From NCBI GenBank assembly GCA_024626585.2, contig JANKJI020000004.1:126146169-126166866 (forward strand): a stretch of DNA of 20,698 bases, read 5' to 3'. Every line of letters starts with the position of its first letter. Position 1 is the first letter of the stretch. A model generated the notes under the pieces. The model was not told the origin of the DNA. It ran no database searches and saw only the letters and a program-made list of their open reading frames with translations. The DNA comes from Ginkgo biloba (taxonomy: Eukaryota; Plantae; Ginkgophyta). Positions 12,460-20,698 of this stretch are shown one piece after another. Position numbers and translations under genes: made by a program.

Positions 12460-13146
12460 TGTTGCAACCAATCTTCACCTCTAGTTCCTTGTCTAATCAC
12501 AACATTTCAAGCAATTGGAGTAAGTTTGTTCCTCTTGCATGCACTTTCCACCCATCTACAATAGTTGTACTCCTCATTAGGGGTTGTTCTATACTCTCCA
12601 AATGATCACCAAGCATGGTTGACCTTCCACATTCATGGTTGAGATCAAGAAACATGATATACTATAATTGCTTGCTGAATTTTGGAATTTCCCTCTAGAT
12701 CAACCATTTTGTAGAGCACTCGAAGTTGTTGGTCTTTCCACATACCTTCNNNNNNNNNNNNNNNNNNNNNNNNNNNNTCTAGCTATTGTTGTTTTCATGG
12801 TGATTGTATGCCCAGAGGATTTGCAAATTACAAACTAGGCGATTCATGAGGTTATGGGTCTTCCCATCCAAGGGCCTAAAATTCCTCTAGCTACTAAAGC
12901 AAGCAGATAAGATATTACCAAAGAGTTTTACATGAAGGCCACAAATGCTTCTAGTGCTAATATTTACATGGAAGGCCTAAAAAAGGAGCACTTATGCTGG
13001 GTCACACAATTCATTGCAACTCTACTTTTGAGGAATAAAAAAAGTCTCGACGTTCCTCCCTAGCTCAAGACCATGACCCAATAGGTAAAATTGGGAATGC
13101 AATACAATTGGTGTGCTTTGAACAAGTCAAATTTTTATCTTTACTA
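12460..13146 (+). pseudogene. Retrotransposon accessory (third) ORF relic downstream of integrase
   Basis: One frame over 12811-13146 reads PEDLQITN*AIHEVMGLPIQGPKIP..EGLKKEHLCWVTQFIA..GMQYNWCA. Homologous to the 6130-6790 minus-strand copy (KALEVVGIATYL vs RALEVVGLSTYL; LQIMDQTIHEVTCLP). Confidence 0.7.
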
Positions 13147-13679
13147 GAGCACATCAAGGATGTCCCTTGGATTTCTTCTTTCTTCCTGTGGACCATCTTT
13201 TTGTCCTGTTGTTTGGGTGATGCCTAGATGCCAACCTTGAAATTGATGATAACAATCCTGATCTTCCATCATTGGCTAGATGGGAGGCACGTTATCCCAA
13301 AGGCATGGTCAGAGTGGGAAATGTTGTAGTTTATTCACAAGAGATGATGAAAGTATTGTGTTGCTTGAAGTTTACACGGAAGACTCTTAAAATCATTGAT
13401 GTGTGAGATTTTTGTCCACCATAGAGATCATAGAAGAATAGGCCATAGATGATTATACTATGCAACTAGGAACTAGTACAACTACAGTTCCAATTATTCC
13501 AACAACTACAAAGGCATTAGTCACATAGGATATGTTGAAGTAGGATTCCCACCAACTTGAACATTAGGAGNNNNNNNNNNNNNNNNNNNNNNNNNNNNNN
13601 NNNNNNNNNNNNNNNNNNNNNNNNNNNNNNNNNNNNNNNNNNNNNNNNNNNNNNNNNNNNNNNNNNNNNNTCATCTTCC

Positions 13680-14603
13680 ATGCATGTAACATGATAATAA
13701 TTTATTCAATAGTACTCTATAAGAATTCCTTTAGCTTCATATTCCCAAGGGCTGACTTCCTCAAATATGAATTTGATAAATTCCTTAGTATGGGATCTAG
13801 CTTGTCTAATGTTAAAAACCATAAAGTAAGCCATACTAAATGGAAAGGAGTGAAATATAGATTTATTCCACCTCTAGGACACCTTGGTATGAATCTCTTA
13901 AATTTTCCAATATATTTCATATAATACAATCTAATTATTTGCATACTTTGATAGACAATGTAGGGAACCCTTAAAACCATACAATTTAATATAAGAATAC
14001 TATTTTTATAGGTACCAATCTCTAATACCTCTCAAAGTTTATTTCACAACATCACTCACTCTGGGGGGTTTCACATTCTGAAGTAAATAGAAAATTTGAT
14101 ATACAAATTTATCATTTAGCAAGAAAAAATAAATCTTATATTTATCTTTCCAGACTTTTGGATACCAAAAAGGAGTAGGAAATCCTATTCCTTCTTTATT
14201 ACCCGATTGAATGAGAAACCAAAATTTTTTTTAGAGAAGATAATATCATATATTACATAATATATTATGTAAAAATGGTGTGACCAAGGCATTGTAGCTA
14301 ACTAATAAGCTATGGTGCTACTAGTGATGTTTGTCTAGTCAAACACTCTGCCTTTCTCACTAACATGATAAATTGGATATATTATATAATGATATATATT
14401 TGATGTATCTTTCTCTTCGAACACTTTACACAATAGGTCTAATATATTTTTGTATTCTCTTTCTAATTTTCTTGTCTCATAGTAGGGTTTCTTAGCAAGG
14501 TTCAAGAATTTTTTATTTCGCCAAGAATTAATTAATTTTGTGACTTGAGGATAACTCTCGTAAGACTTTCTTGATTTATCAAATGATAACTTCTCTTCAT
14601 AAA
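13680..14603 (-). pseudogene. Decayed retrotransposon-associated ORF of unknown function
   Basis: LDLLCKVFEEKDTS..IYPIYHVSEKGRVFD*TNITSS..FYIIYYVIY.. and YGFKG..KYANN*IVLYEIYW. It is coding-like and resembles accessory ORFs of gymnosperm Ty3/gypsy elements, from recollection and not a search. Confidence 0.5.
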
Positions 14604-15160
14604 NNNNNNNNNNNNNNNNNNNNNNNNNNNNNNNNNNNNNNNNNNNNNNNNNNNNNNNNNNNNNNNNNNNNNNNNNNNNNNNNNNNNGGGTCAAATATTT
14701 TGGCCATCCATTCTATGATTTGCTAACAAGGCATCAACTCCAAAATGGATACCACATGCAAGGAACTGATTGTGATCCATCACCCAACAAACCTCTTGTT
14801 GTGCAGAGTTTGGTGCAATTACTTCTTGAATGGAATGTTAATTGAGGTTTCTATCCTCTATTTACAACCATACTGTTGACTTAGGTGGACTCCAAGCTGA
14901 CTTTTATTGAACCTAAGTTGAACCCTACCTAATTTTCCTCAAGTCAAGTTCATTAGTTACTAACATAGGCTTCTACGAATCTACTTTACATGTGTGGCCT
15001 TTTTGGAGCCAAGCTCTGGCACTTGTCCATCTCACAGCATGACTAAAGCTGCCAGAACTTCAAAGCAGCCCAACTTCTTTATCCTGTGACCAAAAGGGAT
15101 CATATGCCTGCTCATTTTTATTGCCACAAGATGTCCTATGCAACAGATACTGTTTTCTAG

Positions 15161-15264
15161 GTCAGATCTATTGCTTGATTGCTTAGAATAAATGCACAAT
15201 TTTATAATTCAATAAGTGCCTTGAAAACATTCCACAGGAAGGTTGGTGTATTCCAATTCGATTG
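15161..15264 (+). pseudogene. Possible degenerate upstream GH1 exon (speculative)
   Basis: Bounded by ttttctAG and TG|GTgaat; 104 nt with a phase 0 start and phase 2 end, as the next exon requires. Reads VRSIA*LLRINAQFYNSISALKTFHRKVGVFQFD(W), loosely like IGIxLxAxWYEP...DFQxGW, but it has an in-frame TGA and is short. Confidence 0.22.
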
Positions 15265-16434
15265 GTGAATTGGCCAATAGTTTGACAATGAATACTCACT
15301 TAGACTTTTAGCTGCAACCTCTTGGCATCATTTATGTATTGTTTTAGGTCTTTCTTGGACAAGTCCTACTTACAGGACAAGCCATTTCGAGGTGGCCCAT
15401 CCCGAAGAGGACAAAGTTTTCTGTGGACTCTTTCGTTCACTATCAGGATCAAAATTATACATCTACATATATTATTAAGGTTTTTGCTATTTAATTTATA
15501 TGGCATGCATCTGTGGCTGTCTCTCTTGTTTTTATTGAATTGTTGAAAATTGCATGGTTGATACTCTGGAAATTTTGGAGCATATTTTGGCCTAATTGCA
15601 GGTTTGTGAGGTAATTTGCTTTCTGAAACTTCAGAGACCTTCAGTCCGAGAAAAATTACAGCCACTGTGAATGCAATTTTCTCCTGTATATTTTAGAATA
15701 TTATACTCCTTCAGCCTCAAAATAGGTGTTACCACACCTACCCAAAGCATCAGGCTTGGCTTTCGCTTCTTTGTCCTGTTTTTTTCTTTACTTAGTTTTG
15801 TGTTTTTCCCTTTTTCTCTATCCATGTATAAAATCAGGCAACTGCATTTTTACATGTTATCCATTCTTCCCAGCATCCCAAAATATTGCATTTATTCCAN
15901 NNNNNNNNNNNNNNNNNNNNNNNNNNNNNNNNNNNNNNNNNNNNNNNNNNNNNNNNNNNNNNNNNNNNNNNNNNNNNNNNNNNNNNNNNNNNNNNNNNNN
16001 NNNNNNNNNNNNNNNNNNNNNNNNNNNNNNNNNNNNNNNNNNNNNNNNNNNNNNNNNNNNNNNNNNNNNNNNNNNNNNNNNNNNNNNNNNNNNNNNNNNN
16101 NNNNNNNNNNNNNNNNNNNNNNNNNNNNNNNNNNNNNNNNNNNNNNNNNNNNNNNNNNNNNNNNNNNNNNNNNNNNNNNNNNNNNNNNNNNTTCCTTCAA
16201 CACTAGCACCCAATTTCTAAGGGACCCTTCGCTTTATGCAAAGGAATTTGAACAGTCATAAGCCTAGCTTCTCAGTTGACCTCAGGTATAGCCATGTCCC
16301 TTCATTAAGTATAAAAGGAGGTTCTGCCATGTCATTTAGGCATCTTGTGGAAGGATTTCAAGCGCCCTTCCACTTTCTGATTCCAACATCTTGCAAAAGA
16401 AGGAGATTTTAGCAACTTTAATATTGATTCTTGG

Positions 16435-16552
16435 CCTTAGGAAGCAGCTAAAGCATCCTTATTGCTATCGTACTAAACGCCAAAGTCTACCTTCACATTT
16501 CTAGCATCTCTCTGCTAAATTGCTAACCTTAGGAAGTAGCTAAAGCTTCCTT
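16435..16552 (+). repeat. 26-bp direct repeat pair upstream of the first visible GH1 acceptor
   Basis: ccttaggaagcagctaaagcatcctt (16435-16460) and ccttaggaagtagctaaagcttcctt (16527-16552). Confidence 0.85.
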
Positions 16553-16638
16553 TCTGCTTTGATATATTGTGGCAAGCATATCGTTGTCAGCTTATCCTCT
16601 GTCTCCTCTTGGGGAGACCACACCCTTCTTCACATCAG

Positions 16639-16859
16639 GTATCTAGATCCTATAGTTTGGGGAAGATACCCAACCATTATGCACGAACTGGTTGGTGAAC
16701 GCCTGCCGACCATTTCAAAGGATTTGTACGCCATACTCCGTGGCTCATATGACTTCATTGGTCTCAACTACTACAGCACAGATTATGTAAAAGATGCTCC
16801 ATTCCTTCTGAACTCTTCAAACCGAGGCTACTACGAGGATTCTTTGGCAACTACGACAG
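16639..16859 (+). CDS. GH1 exon (YLDP...DFIGLNYYS...)
   Basis: Acceptor catcAG at 16637-16638 and donor GTtaac at 16860. The first G would complete the conserved TG|G Trp codon. Confidence 0.95.
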
Positions 16860-17982
16860 GTTAACTGTACAGTGTAGAGTTATCTCAAAAATGCAATATT
16901 TCAAGATATTCTACCCTGTGTTTGTATGATTTCTTTGTTCTGTCTTGTTTCCTCACTATTGTGTTACCTACATGGAAAACTACCAGAAATCATAAGCCAT
17001 AGTCTTTACACTTATTGACTTCAGGATCTGTGAAGAAATAATAAATGACAGCCTAACATTTGATTTAATGTGTTTTCAGGAATTCGTGATGGCATTCCCA
17101 TTGGACCAAGGGTTTGTGCATGCTTACTATGAAATTTAATTGACGTTTCAGTTTGTCATCTGATGATAAGTAGCTCTGCATACTAATAAAATATTGCTTT
17201 CATGGCAGATGGTTCCGATCATAGATCTATATGCTGTTCCGTATGGTATCCGAATGTCAATCAACTATGTCAGAATGCGATATAGAAATCCTCCTATGTT
17301 TATAACTGAGAATGGTAAGTTTGTTTGAAGGTTTCGTCCGAATCTGTTTGTTGGCCAATTGCTGAACAGCTCTGTCCACCAGGATATATTTGTTTACACT
17401 TTTGTATTGTTCAGGATTGGGCGAACCCAGGAAGGACACACTCTCTCTCCCAGAAATGTTGAATGACACATTACGAGTAGCATATGTCCAAAGTTCTCTC
17501 AAGCACATGACAAAAGCAATAAGGTATTTTGTTTAGATTGGATGCTTCTTTCCTGCAAAGAAAATTGAAAGAGCGCAGTTATAGAGAGACATAGGTGAGC
17601 AACATCTTGTAGCAGTTGGGAAAACTTATCGTGCAATTGTAGTGCTGTGTAGCACATTTAGCTGCGGAATACTTGACTACTCTTTACTTCTTGCAGGGAG
17701 GGAGCAGATGTCCGTGGGTATTTTCTGTGGTCTCTGCTGGATAATTTTGAATGGGCCTATGGGTACACATCCATGTTTGGCATTTGCTATGTGAATTTTG
17801 AGGACTCAAACCAGAACAGACTCAGACGCTACCCAAAGTTGTCTGCTTTATGGTATCAAAAGTTTGTGAAAGGAGACATCAGCATCAGTAGGAAGGAAGC
17901 ATCAGCATTCCATGAGCTGCAGATGGCAATCAAAATCCCATCTTTTGCAGGGATGAAAGCAACAAGAGCAGAACAACTTTAA
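16639..17982 (+). CDS. GH1 beta-glucosidase (BGLU family), C-terminal five exons: 16639-16859, 17080-17111, 17209-17314, 17415-17523, 17697-17982 (about 251 aa); 5' exons not found in window
   Basis: All four introns are GT..AG and the exon phases join into one open frame: (W)[27 protein letters not shown] / [11 protein letters not shown] / [25 protein letters not shown] (catalytic nucleophile motif) / [16 protein letters not shown] / [48 protein letters not shown]. Exon sizes 221/32/106/109/286 fit the conserved plant GH1 pattern. Confidence 0.96.
17080..17111 (+). CDS. GH1 32-nt mini-exon ([11 protein letters not shown])
   Basis: Acceptor ttttcAG and donor GTttgt. Conserved size and GxPIG motif. 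Missed by the ORF track. Confidence 0.92.
17209..17314 (+). CDS. GH1 exon with ITENG nucleophile
   Basis: Acceptor ggcAG and donor GTaagt. Encodes [35 protein letters not shown](G). Confidence 0.95.
17415..17523 (+). CDS. GH1 exon (LNDTLRVAY...AIR)
   Basis: Acceptor gttcAG and donor GTattt; 109 nt. Confidence 0.93.
17697..17982 (+). CDS. GH1 terminal exon ([18 protein letters not shown]...) with C-terminal extension
   Basis: Acceptor ttgcAG; stop TAA at 17980-17982. Confidence 0.95.
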
Positions 17983-18902
17983 CTTTCAAATCCACTGATC
18001 AAAACAACAACTAACTCTTCAAGTTTCCAGGATTTGTGTTTCAGAAAACTTCTTTGTTTCCTTTCTCTTTCCAAACAAATGTTGTAATATTGTACACTCC
18101 ATGGGACAAGGGATCCCCTACCTCAATCCTTTGTAATCAGTGAATGTGTCTAGTGAAGACTAAGTGTTTTCCTTTTTACTCTTTTGTACTAGGCCATTAT
18201 AAACCCCTGATGAAAATGCACGGTGATCTCTTGCTGCTCAGCCATGTTAATCCATGACTCCAAATGTGCTCTTATGTCAAATATGATAGTGCTTTTCATT
18301 GCTTGCTTGCCATAACTGGCAACATGATTGCTGCATGATTTGATTGATTACCAATAGCTTTGGATATCCAAATTGGCAAATTCTCTCATTGCCCTACATT
18401 TCCTCTTCTCTTCCCAATCTTGTCATTATTCTTGTAACTATTCTGAGATTGATAGACCAATCAGACTGCAAAACTACTAGACCTGCTTAGGAAAGAAACA
18501 AGCTTTCTCCGAAAACGAAAATAAAAATCTTAACCTCATAGTATAAAATGCAAATGAAACGTTTTGCTTTCCATCCTGTAATTTCATACTTTGTATTTTG
18601 ATTGGTTACTCGTTAATGGTTCTTATTGTAATTTTCAGTATTACACTTTGGATTTCCTACTTCATTATTTATCCATTCCTTACTATTTCTCTGACATTTT
18701 ACTTTAGTGCAAATTGTTGAACATTTTGACCCAATAACTTGTATACTTTCTACTAATTCTTTGCCCATAGAGTTTTCTAAAACATTTGCACATTAGATAA
18801 GTTTGCCTTGTGTAATTGCACCTATATCTTATTGCATTCATACTGGTGATCACTTGCCTATCAAATCCCATGCATCGTTGTTCTCCTCAATATATTTGTA
18901 CT

Positions 18903-19046
18903 TTACAACAATGTGTCACTAAAATGCTCCAACAAGGTGTCATTCGACCCTCTTGAAGCCCTTGGGCAATAAAACCACAATTTGGTCAAAAAGAAGGACA
19001 ACAATATTCACTTTTGTGTTGATTTTTGGCATGTTCATCACATTAT
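18903..19046 (+). pseudogene. Isolated Ty3/gypsy reverse transcriptase N-terminal fragment
   Basis: LQQCVTKMLQQGVIRPS*SPWA / LVKKKDNNIHFCVDF with one frameshift, matching the canonical MLxxGxIRPSxSPWASPxxLVKKKDGxxRFCVDYR. Confidence 0.85.
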
Positions 19047-19123
19047 ATGATCCGTTTGTCAGATCCAAATGAAGGGACACACAACGGTTGTCGATGATTA
19101 GATGTCGGAGTTTCTCAAAGCCT

Positions 19124-19296
19124 GCCGACATCGACAGACGCTGAAGACCAACACCGGCGGAAGGTTGAGTTCACTCACACCAACGGAGAAGGTAAAAACC
19201 AACACCGATGAGAGGCTAAAGACTGACACCGACGAGAAGGTTAAAGACCGACATCGACAAGAACGCTGAAGACCAACACCAACAGGAAAGTTAAGT
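19124..19296 (+). repeat. CpG-rich 23-26 bp minisatellite, about 7 units, probably LTR-internal
   Basis: Consensus about ACCrACAyCGACGAGAAGGyTAAAG; units 1-2 resemble units 6-7. Confidence 0.85.
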
Positions 19297-19497
19297 ACCC
19301 ACAACCAACAACTATACAAAATACAGACTGACTGTTCAGTTACGCGCCAATTCAACTGTNNNNNNNNNNNNNNNNNNNNNNNNNNNNNNNNNNNNNNNNN
19401 NNNNNNNNNNNNNNNNNNNNNNNNNNNNNNNNNNNNNNNNNNNNNNNNNNNNNNNNNNNTCTATTGATTGAGTATCTGCAATTTACCTATCAATACA

Positions 19498-19852
19498 GGG
19501 AGTAGTCTATCAGGCCAACAATATCCCCATAAATGCGCTTTGGAACTCGTGCAAAAACCACCAGACAAAAACTGCCGATGAAATTGTCATGGTGGAATTG
19601 TCACAAGATAAAACAATTTAAAAAAATATCCATGTATCAAAATTCCTTGCGGGTGTGATGGTAAGCGGTTGAACTGCAAAATTACAGGGTCCATGCTTGA
19701 ATCACAATGCACAAGGTTTGGATTTGGATGAAAAGACAGTTTTTTTGTTGCAATTCCACCAAGTGGAATTGCAATGTGATTTTCCATCTGCGCCTTTTTT
19801 GCACAAAATCCAAGGCATTAATGGGGAGATTGTAGGGTGCATAGATGCCACC
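19498..19852. mobile_element. Mutator-like non-autonomous foldback element (MITE), about 355 bp
   Basis: Flanked by the direct repeat ATCAATACA(GG) at 19489-19497 and 19853-19861, with termini GG...CC. The arms are imperfect inverted repeats over nearly the whole length (acaatatccccataaatgc vs acaatctccccattaatgc; gtgcaaaaa; tggtggaattg), centred near 19680. Confidence 0.82.
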
Positions 19853-19892
19853 ATCAATACAGGTTGGTCCCCATTGCAGACTCACATCCATG

Positions 19893-20236
19893 TGCCTTTT
19901 ATTGGCACCTAGGCTTAATGAATGTGTGCATTGAATGACAGTGTTTTCAGCATCATTAGTGTATACACAATATAAAATATGTCTACTAATTGAGTATACA
20001 AAATCTATACTCAAGTTTGAGCCTCGTGCTTTGAATTCATAACCTCCTCTCCACTTGTCTTGCATTACGTGGGGTCTACCATCTCACCCACATGCATATT
20101 TGTTGAAAGTAGTGATTTTGAACTAAGTTTGTTGTATACTCAGGTGAGTAGACATATTGCTGTCAATCAAGTTGTTGAACTCAACGACGAGCTACTCAAT
20201 GCATGCACTGGTTAAGTTTGGCCATTAATGGCATGC
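19893..20236. mobile_element. Second, more degraded foldback/MITE-like element
   Basis: aatatgtctactaattgagtatacaa (19976-20001) is the near reverse complement of ttgtatactcaggtgagtagacatatt (20132-20158). Weaker inverted similarity extends outwards (cttaa..tgcattga). No clear TSD. Confidence 0.6.
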
Positions 20237-20698
20237 CTTTCACAAACTAATTGAATTAATCATATTATAAAAGAAGTTTATGACTTATTATCATAGTTTC
20301 CATTGAGGGACATTTAAAAATTCATGTTTTCAAACATTGAAGATGTGTAATGAAGGTGATTACAAATTGTTTTAAGATTTCTTTGAGAGTCCTTTCACTT
20401 TTGTATTGTTACCATCGAATCCATATGTTTGGTCTATCTCGTCAAGAATTCTCCTCATGGAAGATATCCTTTGACTAATATGGTGATTCTAAATGGTGTT
20501 ATAGGTTTTTTTTAAGATGGAAAGTAAGCCTTAACCTCTCTAGTGGATCATTGAATCCATTATTGTCCTTAAAGTTTGTTTATTTATGAGAGATTTGGTA
20601 TAATATTTTATTTTTGTATTTAATCTATATCAAACTTAAGATTTTATTTTTATTAGGTACTAATTTGGCCTTTCGTGACTAATTTTCTTATTTTCTTA

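Larger units (their letters stand above)
3256..19459. other. Assembly gaps at 3256-3355, 4663-4762, 7674-7773, 9068-9603, 11730-11829, 12750-12777, 13571-13670, 14604-14687, 15900-16191, 19340-19459
   Basis: N-runs; several are exactly 100 N, a usual placeholder for unknown size. Confidence 0.97.

Noticed and set aside
14253-14272. Perfect 20-bp palindrome ttacataatatattatgtaa
   Set aside because: It is low-complexity AT sequence inside a decayed ORF, with no supporting context.
15715-15775. SLKIGVTTPT as the GH1 'GKIGI' exon
   Set aside because: No WxEP or DFxxGW follows, and there are no matching splice sites.
16559-16638. N-terminal part of the 101-aa ORF as a gene start
   Set aside because: It is intronic read-through; GH1 similarity starts exactly at the AG acceptor (16639).
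17257-17508. Antisense 83-aa ORF over the GH1 exons
   Set aside because: It is a shadow ORF spanning an intron with no recognisable motif.
19124-19296. CRISPR-like array
   Set aside because: The units are contiguous and degenerate with no unique spacers, there are no cas genes, and the context is eukaryotic.
19697-19912. ORF containing IVGCIDAT, resembling a PIF/Harbinger transposase motif
   Set aside because: It lies in the inverted-repeat arm of the foldback element and crosses its TSD, with no further DDE motifs; most likely chance.
1-20698. Biosynthetic gene cluster or a specific substrate/species assignment
   Set aside because: Only one partial host gene is present; substrate and species cannot be determined from this window.

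Overview
Plant nuclear DNA from a gapped draft scaffold (10 N-runs). A large gymnosperm-type genome is my inference from the element types and the C-to-T decay pattern. About 14.6 kb of nested, decayed Ty3/gypsy retrotransposons precede the last five intact exons of a glycoside hydrolase family 1 (GH1) beta-glucosidase on the + strand (16639-17982). The retroelements are a chromovirus-type element missing protease and the RT core, plus two related Athila/Tat-type elements lying back-to-back. Each of those two has the order integrase, tandem-repeat spacer, extra sense ORF. The N-terminal GH1 exons are not convincingly present. Downstream are an RT fragment, a 24-25 bp minisatellite and two adjacent foldback elements, one with a clear 9-11 bp target-site duplication (Mutator-like). 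I found no prokaryote-style system and no CRISPR. The best leads are the unusual GH1 residues, the conserved retroelement accessory ORF and the Mutator-like hairpin element.
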